Shown here: piece by piece, positions 32,757 through 41,965 of the stretch
Numbering within the stretch: position 1 is the stretch's first letter
Layout of the letters: each line of letters starts with the position of its first letter
Assembly (NCBI GenBank): GCA_963718235.1
Contig: CAVQYR010000002.1
Location: forward strand, 288,001 to 352,000
Source of the DNA: an uncultured Actinomycetota bacterium
GTDB taxonomy: Bacteria > Actinomycetota > Actinomycetes > JAHEKZ01
Direction of reading: 5' to 3'
DNA length: 64,000 nucleotides
Notes under the pieces: model-generated
What the model saw: only the letters and a program-made list of their open reading frames with translations
Database searches by the model: none
Told to the model about the DNA's origin: nothing
Translations under genes and position numbers: made by a program

Positions 32757-33851
32757 TCACCCGGTGTCAGCGACCACCGTGTCGCGCAGGCTGCGGACGG
32801 TGGGGTCGACCGGGCGAACCACGGTTTCGCCGGTGAGCCGGCCGTCCCCGACCTGTAGCTCGTCGAGCCGACGAGCGCTCACCGTGACCCGGCTCTCCCA
32901 GGAGCCGACCGCCTGGTTGTAGGCGGTGACCGCCGACTCGAGCGAGTGGCCGACCCGGCCCAGGTGCCCGGCGAACGTGGTCAGCCGGGCGTAGAGGTCG
33001 CGCCCGACCTGGTGGACCTGCAGCGCGTTCTCGGCCAAGGCCTCCTGGCGCCAGCCGAGGGCGACCGTGCGCAGCAGCGCGACGAGCGTGGCCGGGGTGG
33101 CGATCACCACGTTGCGCGAGAACGCATGCTCGAGCAGTGCGGGATCCTGCTCGAGGGCGGCTGTGAGGAAGGTCTCAGCCGGGACGAACAGCACGACCAG
33201 CTCGGGGGAGTCGCCAACGTGGCTCCAGTAGGCCTTGGAGGCGAGGTCGTCGACATGGGCGCGCAAGTGGCGGGCATGGGCACGCATCCGCTCGTCGTGC
33301 ACTCCGGGGTCGTCGGTCGTGACGGCGTCCAGGTAGCCCGCAAAGGGGACCTTGGCGTCGACCACGAGATGACGGTCACCGGCCAGGTGGACGACGAGGT
33401 CAGGGCGCAGCAGGCCGTCGTCGGTGGTGAGGGTGCGCTGCTCCTCGAAGTCGCAGTGCTCGACGAGCCCGGCGAGCTCGACGACCCGTCGCAGCTGCAT
33501 CTCGCCCCAACGGCCGCGCACCTGGGGAGCGCGCAGGGCGGTGACCAGTGAGGCGGTCTCGTGGCGCAGCGCCTCGGAGGTCTGACCCATGCTCGCAACC
33601 TGGGCCCTCAGCTCGCCATGCGCCTGATCGCGCAGCCGCTCGCTGGTGGCCAGGTGCCGCTCGACCTGCTGCAGGGAAGCCTGGAGGGGTGCCACCAGGT
33701 GCTCAACCGCCTGCTGGCGGTGGGCGAGGTCGGTGGCCAACGCCTGCTGGTGCTCGCGCTGCCACGCGCGGGCGAGGGCCCACCCGGCCCCGACCCCGAG
33801 GAGGAGCCCGAGCGCCAAGCCGGCCAGGAGGGAAGCGGCAGAGAGGTCCAT
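32757..33851 (-). CDS. rmuC: DNA recombination protein RmuC
   Basis: N-terminal TM, RGRWGEMQLRRVVELAG, RPDLVVHL, VDAKVP, VLFVPAE, ATPATLVALLRTV. Confidence 0.93.
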   Translation of the reverse strand: MDLSAASLLAGLALGLLLGVGAGWALARAWQREHQQALATDLAHRQQAVEHLVAPLQASLQQVERHLATSERLRDQAHGELRAQVASMGQTSEALRHETASLVTALRAPQVRGRWGEMQLRRVVELAGLVEHCDFEEQRTLTTDDGLLRPDLVVHLAGDRHLVVDAKVPFAGYLDAVTTDDPGVHDERMRAHARHLRAHVDDLASKAYWSHVGDSPELVVLFVPAETFLTAALEQDPALLEHAFSRNVVIATPATLVALLRTVALGWRQEALAENALQVHQVGRDLYARLTTFAGHLGRVGHSLESAVTAYNQAVGSWESRVTVSARRLDELQVGDGRLTGETVVRPVDPTVRSLRDTVVADTG

Positions 33852-33953
33852 GAGCCCACAGTGACGGGTCCCTCTGACAATTCGCCCCAACGCCGTGCGC
33901 GGGTGCTACCGCGCCGAAGGCCACGGCCTGGTCGCCGCCTAGGATCCTGCGCT

Positions 33954-35027
33954 GTGGCACTCACCATCGGCATCGTCGGCCTGCCGAACGTCGGCAAGTC
34001 CACGCTGTTCAACGCGCTGACCAAGAACGACGTCCTGGCGGCCAACTACCCGTTCGCGACGATCGAGCCGAACGTTGGCGTGGTCGGCGTGCCGGACCCG
34101 AGGCTGGGCACGCTCGCCGGGATCTTCGGATCGGCCAAGCAGCTCCCGGCCACCGTGTCGTTCGTCGACATCGCGGGCATCGTCAAGGGGGCCAGCGAGG
34201 GTCAGGGTCTGGGCAACAAGTTCCTGGCCCACATCCGTGAGGCCGACGCGATCTGCCAGGTGATCCGGGTGTTCACCGACCCCGACGTCGTCCACGTCGA
34301 CGGTCGGGTCGACCCGAAGGACGACATCGAGACGATCAACACAGAGCTGTGCCTGGCTGACCTGCAGACGATCGAGAAGGTACTGCCTCGGCTGCAGAAG
34401 GAGAGCCGGCTCGTCAAGGAGAAGTCGAGCGTGGTGCCGGCGGTCGAGGAGGCGCAGGCGGTCCTGGAGTCGGGTCGAACCATCTGGTCGGCGGATCTGG
34501 ACCTCGACCCTCTGCGCGAGCTGTTCCTGCTGACCGCCAAGCCGTTTCTCTACGTCTTCAACATGGACGAGGAGGAGCTCGCCAACGAGGCGCTGAAGAG
34601 CGAGCTGCGCGCGCTCGTGGCGCCGTCCGAGGCGATCTTCCTCGACGCCAAGATCGAGGCCGAGCTGGTCGAGCTCGACGACGCCGAGGCGCTGGAGCTG
34701 TTGCAGTCGATCGGTCAGGACGAGAGCGGGCTCGACCTGCTCGCACGAGTGGGCTTTGCCACCCTCGGGCTGCAGACCTACCTGACGGCGGGGCCGAAGG
34801 AGGCGCGCGCGTGGACGATTCCCAAGGGCGCCACTGCTCCGGAGGCGGCCGGGGTGATCCACACCGACTTCCAGAAGGGCTTCATCAAGGCGGAGGTCGT
34901 GTCGTTCGACGACCTGGTGACCGCCGGCTCGATGGCCGAGGCCAAGGCGGCCGGAAAGGTGCGGATCGAGGGCAAGGACTATGTGATGTCCGACGGCGAC
35001 GTCGTGGAGTTCCGCTTCAACGTCTGA
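33954..35027 (+). CDS. ychF: Redox-regulated ATPase YchF
   Basis: [68 protein letters not shown]. Confidence 0.97.
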   Translation: MALTIGIVGLPNVGKSTLFNALTKNDVLAANYPFATIEPNVGVVGVPDPRLGTLAGIFGSAKQLPATVSFVDIAGIVKGASEGQGLGNKFLAHIREADAICQVIRVFTDPDVVHVDGRVDPKDDIETINTELCLADLQTIEKVLPRLQKESRLVKEKSSVVPAVEEAQAVLESGRTIWSADLDLDPLRELFLLTAKPFLYVFNMDEEELANEALKSELRALVAPSEAIFLDAKIEAELVELDDAEALELLQSIGQDESGLDLLARVGFATLGLQTYLTAGPKEARAWTIPKGATAPEAAGVIHTDFQKGFIKAEVVSFDDLVTAGSMAEAKAAGKVRIEGKDYVMSDGDVVEFRFNV

Positions 35028-35121
35028 CGGCGTCGCCCTCAGGGCGCCGACCTGCGGGTTTGCCTCGCCCGAGACCGCCAAGTCCGCAGCCAGTGCACAA
35101 GAGACCGAGGCGGATCGACCG

Positions 35122-35330
35122 ATGGACATCGGCAGAGCTGCACAGCCGGCCGCACGGGAGGCGATCGTCCGAGCATCCCTCGATCCGGACGGGCTGCTGC
35201 TCTCGACCTGCTTGAGCTGCTCGGACTGGCACGGCCCGACTGCTACGGCGATGTCACCCCGCCCGACGACGCCATCGATGCGGTCCTCGTCGTCCCTCAG
35301 GACGGCGTGGCCCCCTCGCCCTGGGGGCGT
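35122..35330 (+). pseudogene. Probable degenerate remnant of a small hypothetical gene
   Basis: ATG 35122 MDIGRAAQ... then a frame switch near 35190 gives protein-like AAALDLLELLGLARPDCYGDVTPPDDAIDAVLVV with GC3-rich codons; no intact ORF. Confidence 0.35.
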
Positions 35331-35539
35331 GACTGCGGAAGTCGGTGTGTGCACCCGTGCTGCCTCCCTAGCGTGGGACCAGGCCGCGAGGCTTGTCGCA
35401 GCAATCCCGAAGCGCCGTCTGGGTGACCGCGTCGCTGATGGGTCGGTCCCCGCGGTGGCCTTCGTCGGGGCGCCGGGGACCGTAGCCTCTAGTCGGTTGC
35501 TGCCCCAGGGTGGAGGCTGATCTCGTACCGGAGGTCGGC

Positions 35540-36334
35540 ATGAAGACTGCCTCGGCCAGTCAAGTGGAAGCCTGCTGTGACGCGCTGGTCGTCAGCCGTG
35601 CCCGGTTGTCGGCGGTCATGCGCCAGGTCACGGACCCGAGCGCGACGGCTGTGGGGACGTGGACGATCGGGGAGACCGCCCAGCACTTGTCTGGCTCAGC
35701 GGAGTACTGGCTGGCCGCGATCCGCGGCGACACCGACTTGGAGCGCCTGGACGAGGTTGCCGCATCCAACGCCCGCGCGCTCGCGGCGAACCCCGAGCGC
35801 GACCCGCGCGTCCTAGCCGACCGGCTCGACCGGGGCGAGGACGCCCTGGTCGCCTTCGCCCGGCAGGTCGACGGGGACCCCACCATCGCGCCGTTCGTGG
35901 GCGCGGAGATGCCCCTGTCCACCGTGCTCGGCCTGGAACTGGGGGAACTCCTCGTCCACGGCCACGACATCGCCCGCGCGGCCGGCCTGGCCTGGCCCAT
36001 CGACCCGCACCACGCGCAGCTCACCCTCCAGGGGTACCTCCCGCTGTTCCCCTACCTGTTGAACCGGGAGCGTGCCGCGGGCGTCCACCTCGCGCTGGAC
36101 CTACGGGTGCGAGGCATGCGCCCGGTGGTCGTCCGGATCGAGGACGCAATCTTGACCGTGGAGGACTCCCGCGGCCAGCCGGTCGACGCCCACCTGTCGG
36201 CACAGCCTGCGACTTACCTGCTGCTGACCTGGAACCGGATCTCCCCATGGAAGCCCATACTGCGCGGCCAGCTGACCGTGTGGGGACGCCGGCCATGGCG
36301 TGTGACCGAACTGGGCCCCCTCCTTCTGACCTGA
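35540..36334 (+). CDS. Mycothiol-dependent maleylpyruvate-isomerase (MDMPI/DinB) family protein with SCP2-like C-terminus
   Basis: WTIGETAQHL and ELLVHGHDIARA metal-binding motifs; GGAGG RBS. Confidence 0.85.
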   Translation: MKTASASQVEACCDALVVSRARLSAVMRQVTDPSATAVGTWTIGETAQHLSGSAEYWLAAIRGDTDLERLDEVAASNARALAANPERDPRVLADRLDRGEDALVAFARQVDGDPTIAPFVGAEMPLSTVLGLELGELLVHGHDIARAAGLAWPIDPHHAQLTLQGYLPLFPYLLNRERAAGVHLALDLRVRGMRPVVVRIEDAILTVEDSRGQPVDAHLSAQPATYLLLTWNRISPWKPILRGQLTVWGRRPWRVTELGPLLLT

Positions 36335-36553
36335 CCCCTGGGAGACGCACGCGATCGGCACCTCGGTTCGGCCCGCCCTCGCCGCTGCGCGATTCAGGTC
36401 GACCATGGCTGCCCGTGCTGAGCGAGCAAGCCGCCGAGCCGTGGCTTCCGCGCCTTCCTCGATGCCTGCGTGCTCGTCTCGAGCCGCACCGCCTCAGCCC
36501 CTAGCCGCAAGGTCGCCTTCCGCTGCCGCAACCAGGCTGACAGAATCCAGAGA

Positions 36554-37654
36554 GTGGACCCACTTGGCCAGAGCACCGCCGGCTCGAAGACGATCGACAA
36601 GGCACGCCACCTCGGCGGACGGCTGCGCCGACGGGCAGCGAATCTGTGGGCACGGACGGCCGCCGGGGGCCGAGGCAGTCGCCACGATGCAGCGACCCAC
36701 GAGGTGCGGCTGGCGTCGGACCTCTCCATCGTGGAGCAGAGTCCCAAGCAAGGCGACATGCTCAAATGGGTGAGACTCGACCAGGACGCTGTTGTCCTCG
36801 CCCGCGGCTCGAAACCGAAGCTGACTCGGCTGGACGCACACACAACCGTGATTCGAAGTGGTGCCCCCGAGCCGAAGAATCGCGGTGGCTGGCTGGTTGA
36901 GGGCCGACAAGTCACCCCCATTGCCGGGCCCAAGGCACTCATCGACACCGTGGCAGCGCGCGAGATGCGGCGTCTGCTCCGCATGCACAAGGTCAACTGC
37001 GTGATCGATGCCGGGGCGAACATCGGTCAGTTCGCGGGCCGGGTGCGCGAGTCGGGCTTCACCGGCCGGATCATCTCCTTCGAACCGGTCCCGCAGCTGT
37101 TCAGCGTCTTGGCGGAGTCGGCTGCGAACGACTCGGAGTGGCGGACAGTCCAAGCCGCTTTGGGCCGCGAGGACACGACGGCGACCATCAACGTGACTCC
37201 CGGTGCGGGCCGCTTGAGCTCGCTGCTGCCGTCGAGTGAGTACGGGCGACGGAGGCAGGAGCGGCTGGCGGATGCGTACCCGGTCACGGTTGATGTCCGC
37301 CGCCTCGAGTCGCTGCTGCCGGAACTGCTCGACGGCATCGACGAGCCGCGTATCTACCTCAAGATGGACACCCAGGGATACGACCTCGAGGTGTTCGGCG
37401 GAGTGGGCAGCGGATTGGACCTGGTCGTTGCAGTGCAGTCCGAGGTTTCGTCGATCGCACTCTACGAGGGGATGCCCCACCTGACCGAGGCGCTCGACGC
37501 GTACCGCGAAGCAGGCTTCGACCTGTGCGGGCTCTGGCCGATCACCTTCGAGCCTGGCACCCATCGAGCTCTTGAGTTCGACGCGTTGATGGTGCGCGGG
37601 CCGCAGGAAGACCAGGCACGGCCGTCGCGCAGCCCATCACACGCCATACCCTGA
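36554..37654 (+). CDS. FkbM family SAM-dependent methyltransferase
   Basis: VIDAGANIGQF, IISFEPV, YLKMDTQGYDLEVFGG, QSEVS; start uncertain (36554 GTG or 36758 ATG). Confidence 0.85.
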   Translation: MDPLGQSTAGSKTIDKARHLGGRLRRRAANLWARTAAGGRGSRHDAATHEVRLASDLSIVEQSPKQGDMLKWVRLDQDAVVLARGSKPKLTRLDAHTTVIRSGAPEPKNRGGWLVEGRQVTPIAGPKALIDTVAAREMRRLLRMHKVNCVIDAGANIGQFAGRVRESGFTGRIISFEPVPQLFSVLAESAANDSEWRTVQAALGREDTTATINVTPGAGRLSSLLPSSEYGRRRQERLADAYPVTVDVRRLESLLPELLDGIDEPRIYLKMDTQGYDLEVFGGVGSGLDLVVAVQSEVSSIALYEGMPHLTEALDAYREAGFDLCGLWPITFEPGTHRALEFDALMVRGPQEDQARPSRSPSHAIP

Positions 37655-37783
37655 CCGGACTCGAGTGTCCCATCGTCTTCAACGTCGTTGCCCTGGCACC
37701 GTCCTCCAGCGGGGATCCATGCAGTCGGGTGCCAGTTCAATCCGATCAGTATCGGATCGGGAACGGATCCCCCCGGCCAGGCT

Positions 37784-38455
37784 TCACGCCCCCGCGGCAC
37801 TCCCCGCCTCGTCCGTACCGAAGTAGGCATCGAACGCCTTGTACCGTCCGGGTGCGAGATAGTCCAAGATCTTGGCGCGAAACGCGCCATCGGGCTGCGG
37901 GAAGGCCAAGAAGTCGGCGACCTCGTTGACCAGTTCCTCGGTCTTGACGATTGCCTTCTCGTGACTCACGAGCAGACAGGGCCGCCCGCTCGCCAAGACG
38001 AATCCCGTGTTGGTGTTGGCGTTGGCGTTGGACTCATGCAGGGACATCCGGGGCGAACGCCGACGGCCGGGTCGGTCCTTACCCGCCTGACTCAGCGCCG
38101 CGGCGACGGCGTCTCGGTAGACGACGATGAAGTAGGGGTTCCGGATGGCGGGTGCCACCTCTGGCAGGTACCCGGCAGCGGCCGGGAACTTCCAGCCCCA
38201 GACGTCGAACTCGGCGTTACGCGCCTCGATCGTCTCCAACATCTCGGCGCGGGTCCGGTACTGGAAACGAGCGTCCTCGTTGTTCTTGCGCGCACCCACG
38301 TTGCCCAGGTCGAGCCCCAGCGCACGGACGAGCCCCGCGATCATGCTCGTTCCGCCCCGCCGGGTACCGAAGATGACATACGTGCGCTGGGACTCAGGTT
38401 CGGCTGCTGGGTTGATGACCACGCTGGTCTCATTCACCAAGTCGGAGTCGGCCAT
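37784..38455 (-). CDS. Sulfotransferase-like P-loop protein (in frame with upstream GT4, own RBS)
   Basis: AAGGAGA RBS then ATG 38455 MADSDLV; VIFGTRRGGTSMIAG (5'-PSB-like), WGWKFP, IVVYRDAVAAALS (3'-PB-like). Confidence 0.7.
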   Translation of the reverse strand: MADSDLVNETSVVINPAAEPESQRTYVIFGTRRGGTSMIAGLVRALGLDLGNVGARKNNEDARFQYRTRAEMLETIEARNAEFDVWGWKFPAAAGYLPEVAPAIRNPYFIVVYRDAVAAALSQAGKDRPGRRRSPRMSLHESNANANTNTGFVLASGRPCLLVSHEKAIVKTEELVNEVADFLAFPQPDGAFRAKILDYLAPGRYKAFDAYFGTDEAGSAAGA

Positions 38456-39706
38456 GGGTCTCCTTGGTCGCTGGTCGTGAACCTGGCGGCTAGGCGCTCG
38501 AAGCCTGGCTGCGGTGTAGAGGGTCTGCAGTCTGGTCGGTTTGTCGGCAGCCACGTCTTTGGCTGCGGCCAGCTCGCTGATGAGCTGCTCCCAGCGGGCA
38601 GAGATCACCGACTGCGACCGCGTCCGGGCGGTACTCAAGGCCGCGGCCGCAAGCACCTGGCGGCCGTCTTGGCCCAGGTCGATCGTCGCGATGATCTGGT
38701 CGGCAAGGGCCTGCACGTTGCCATTGGGGACGAGGAACCCATTCTTACCTTGCTCGATGATGCTGGCCGGGCCGGAAGGGCAGTCGAAGCTGACCACGGG
38801 GAGCCCGCAGGACATGGCCTCCGCGATCACCATCCCGTATCCCTCGGCTCGGGAGCTGAGCACGAAGATCGATGCCGCTGCGAGCTCGGCGGTCAACCGC
38901 GTGGTGTAGCCCGCCAGGGTGGCCGAGTGCTGCAGACCAAGGCGTTCAATCTGGCTCAGCAGCTGACCGTGCTCAGGCCCCTGGCCGAAGATCTTCAGCT
39001 GCCAGCTCGGGCGGGCCTTCGCCACGATCACCCAGGCGTCCAGCAGCAGGTCGAAGCCCTTGCTGCGCTTCAGTTGTCCCGCTGCCACCACGACCGACTG
39101 CGACAGGTCCGACGGTGGCCCTGGGTAGTCCGGAGTGGCGTTCGGCATGCACTCGATGCGTAGGCCGCGGCCCAGCAGCTTTCGGTATCGGACCGCATCG
39201 GGCTCGGTCAACGTGAGAAACGCGTCCAGGCGCGGCAGGTCCTTCACCATCGCCTGCTTCAGGTCACCGCGGCGGTCCTGGAACGGCCGGTGGTCTTGGC
39301 CGATCCGGACCACCTCGGGTCGACCAAGCCGAGCAACAGCCAAGTTCACTCCGGGTTGCATCCCGACAAGCGCGCCGTCGTGAACGTCAGCCAGGTACCT
39401 CTCCAACGCCCTGTCGGAAGCGATGCTGTAGGCCCGGAAATGCGGCTCGTTCGGTGGCATGAACACGCTCGGAGCCGCTAAGTCCTCGCGCGTCAGGTCA
39501 GACGAAGGCGCCCCCGGCCAGTTCTCGACCAGCGACCGCACGGTCACCCCACGCGGCAGCGCATGCACGGGTTCCTCTTGGTTGCGCACGACGCTGACGA
39601 GCTCTACCTCATGGCGCGTAGCCAGATCCTCAGCGAGGTTGCGGACGACCGTCAGCACTCCTCCGCCTGCACCGAAAACGGTGTGCATGAGAAATCGGAT
39701 CTTCAC
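38456..39706 (-). CDS. Glycosyltransferase family 4 (GT-B); reads through without stop into the downstream sulfotransferase-like ORF (total ORF 37784..39706)
   Basis: GGGVLTVVRNLA, AAGQLKRSKGFDLLL, FVLSSRAEGYGMVIAEAMSCGLPVVSFDCPSGP (ExxxxxxxE). Confidence 0.88.
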
Positions 39707-39778
39707 GAGACTCCAGATCGGGTTAGGTCACCGAGTCGGCATCCTACGGGCAACTCTCGCGGACGTCGTTGTGACAGG

Positions 39779-40882
39779 ATGGGAGTCGTGGAGCTGCCGC
39801 GGGGGCCGGGTTCTTCACCCCCCGTCGTCTTCGTGCACATTGGTTGCCCGAAGTCTGGAACCAGCCACATTCAGGCACGGTTGTCGGCCAACCATGACGA
39901 GGCTGCCCGGCAAGGCCTCTATTGGCCGATGCCGTGGGGCCGCCAGGTCCGGGCTGTCCGGGACGTCCGGTCGCTGGGTGTCGACGACCGACTGAAGCCA
40001 GCTGGAGCCTGGACCCACTTGTGCCGCGAGATCAACAGCTGGGAGGGCGGCGCGGCGCTCGTGTCCATGGAGTGGTTGGTAGGTCTTCGGCCACATCAGA
40101 TCAAGTCCTGCATCGAAGCACTCGAGCCGGCGAGGGTCGAGGTAGTCTGCAGCGCCCGGGACCTGGGGCGCACCTTGCCTGCTCACTGGCAGGAGTCCAC
40201 GCAGAACTACAAGCAGTGGACTTGGGACGAGTTCGTCTCAGCCGTCACCAGCGACAGCGACGTCAGACATCCCGCCAAAGCGGAGTTCTGGAATCAGCAC
40301 AACGTCCCGAACATCCTGCGACGGTGGAACGCAGTCGTGCCAATGGACCGCATCCACCTGGTGACGATCCCACCTGCGGGCACCGACCCCGATGCGCTCT
40401 GGCAACGCTTCGCATCGGTGCTACCGATTGACGGCAGTCGATTCCACCCTCCGGATCGGCAGAACACTTCCCTTGGGGTGGTCTCGGCCAGCCTCATGCG
40501 GCGGGTCAACGAGGAGGCTCGAGTCCGCGGCGTCTCCAAGGCCGTTTACACGCGCTACATCAAGCAGTTGCTGGGCAAACAGGTACTAGCACAACGAAGC
40601 GAGTCGGAGGATCCGATTGCCGTTCCACGGCGCGTCGAAGCCTGGTTGCGCCGCAGAGCCGACTCCATGGTCCGAGAGCTGGCTGACATGCCCGTTGACG
40701 TCGTCGGAAGCCTTGATGACCTTTTTCCCCGCCCCGCCCCATCTGATGGCCGGTCGCCCAATGCGGTCAACGACCACGAGTTGCTCGCAGCCGCGGTCAG
40801 CACGTTGGTGGAAGTTCTAGAGGTGATGGCCCGTGGCGACGCCGGCCCGGAACCGCTCGGGGACACCGGCGCGACGCAATGA
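39779..40882 (+). CDS. Sulfotransferase-like P-loop protein
   Basis: VFVHIGCPKSGTSHIQ, LVSMEWL, SARDLGRTLPAHWQE, LWQRFASVL, NTSLG, VVGSLDDL. Confidence 0.8.
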   Translation: MGVVELPRGPGSSPPVVFVHIGCPKSGTSHIQARLSANHDEAARQGLYWPMPWGRQVRAVRDVRSLGVDDRLKPAGAWTHLCREINSWEGGAALVSMEWLVGLRPHQIKSCIEALEPARVEVVCSARDLGRTLPAHWQESTQNYKQWTWDEFVSAVTSDSDVRHPAKAEFWNQHNVPNILRRWNAVVPMDRIHLVTIPPAGTDPDALWQRFASVLPIDGSRFHPPDRQNTSLGVVSASLMRRVNEEARVRGVSKAVYTRYIKQLLGKQVLAQRSESEDPIAVPRRVEAWLRRRADSMVRELADMPVDVVGSLDDLFPRPAPSDGRSPNAVNDHELLAAAVSTLVEVLEVMARGDAGPEPLGDTGATQ

Positions 40883-40912
40883 GCTCCACGTCAGGGCTGG
40901 TACGCTCCCGAA

Positions 40913-41959
40913 GTGGCCAAGGGCTTTCTGCACATTGGAACAATGAAGTCGGGCAGCACCTTCCTCCAGAGCACGTGCGCCGAGAACCGTCGGGTCCTTC
41001 GACGGGCAGGAATCGGTTTCTACGGACCGGAGACGAGAAGCGCCGTCCTTGACCTGAAGCAGGCGCGCAAGCTCCCCGAAGAGAATGTCGGCGACTGGTC
41101 GAGGTTCGCCGCCAAGGTGAGAGCAACACCAACCGACGTGTTGATCTCCAACGAGTTGCTGTTCCCCATTCCGACCGAGACGATCCGGGAGGTGGCGACC
41201 TCACTCAGCAGCCACGAGTTGCATGTCATCGTCACGCTTCGAGACATCACGAAAGTGGCACCTTCGCACTGGCAGGAGCGCATTGCCGAGGGCTCACGCG
41301 TCGGATGGACCGAGTTCTGCAACGCGGTGTGTCGCGACTCTCGAGTCACGAACGCCTCTCGGGGCTTCTGGGCTGCCTACGACGTCGTACCGGTGATCTC
41401 GAAATGGTCGCAGCTGCTGCCCGCTGAGCGATTCACCGTCGTGGTGGTACCGCCGTCCGGGAGCGACCCCCGGTTGCTGTGGGATCGGTTCCTCGCGGCC
41501 ATCAACGTGCCGGGCGCCGGTACGGAGCTGGCTTCGCACAGCAACCCGTCGATGGGCGCGACTTCCACTGAGCTGCTCCGAGAGGTTGCCGCGCAAGCCA
41601 CGGATCTACCTGGTCTTGACCGACGGCGCGCATTCAGGAACGTGCTCGCAAAGCAAGTCCTGACCCAGCGCAGCTCGAAGGAGCCTCGTTTCACACTCAC
41701 GCCCGCACATCAGACAATTCTCAAGGCACGAGCAATCGAGATGGCAGACGGTATCCGGGCCGCGGGGGTTCGGGTGATCGGCAATCTGGACGACATGATT
41801 CCAGCTGACGAGCCTTCGCCCGGGATCCAACCGGACGAGATCACCGAAGCCCAGCTGCTCGAGGCGGCCGTCTTCGGGTTGGCCGAGATGTGCCGCCAGA
41901 TGGCACAAGACCGAGCGCAGATCATTGCTCTGAAGAACGAGAGCGCCACCGAGCGGTAG
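40913..41959 (+). CDS. Sulfotransferase-like P-loop protein (paralog of upstream gene)
   Basis: FLHIGTMKSGSTFLQ, LISNELL, TLRDITKVAPSHWQE, LWDRFLAAI, NPSMG, VIGNLDDM; TACGCT -10 box 6 nt upstream. Confidence 0.8.
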   Translation: MAKGFLHIGTMKSGSTFLQSTCAENRRVLRRAGIGFYGPETRSAVLDLKQARKLPEENVGDWSRFAAKVRATPTDVLISNELLFPIPTETIREVATSLSSHELHVIVTLRDITKVAPSHWQERIAEGSRVGWTEFCNAVCRDSRVTNASRGFWAAYDVVPVISKWSQLLPAERFTVVVVPPSGSDPRLLWDRFLAAINVPGAGTELASHSNPSMGATSTELLREVAAQATDLPGLDRRRAFRNVLAKQVLTQRSSKEPRFTLTPAHQTILKARAIEMADGIRAAGVRVIGNLDDMIPADEPSPGIQPDEITEAQLLEAAVFGLAEMCRQMAQDRAQIIALKNESATER

Positions 41960-41965
41960 CGGCGG

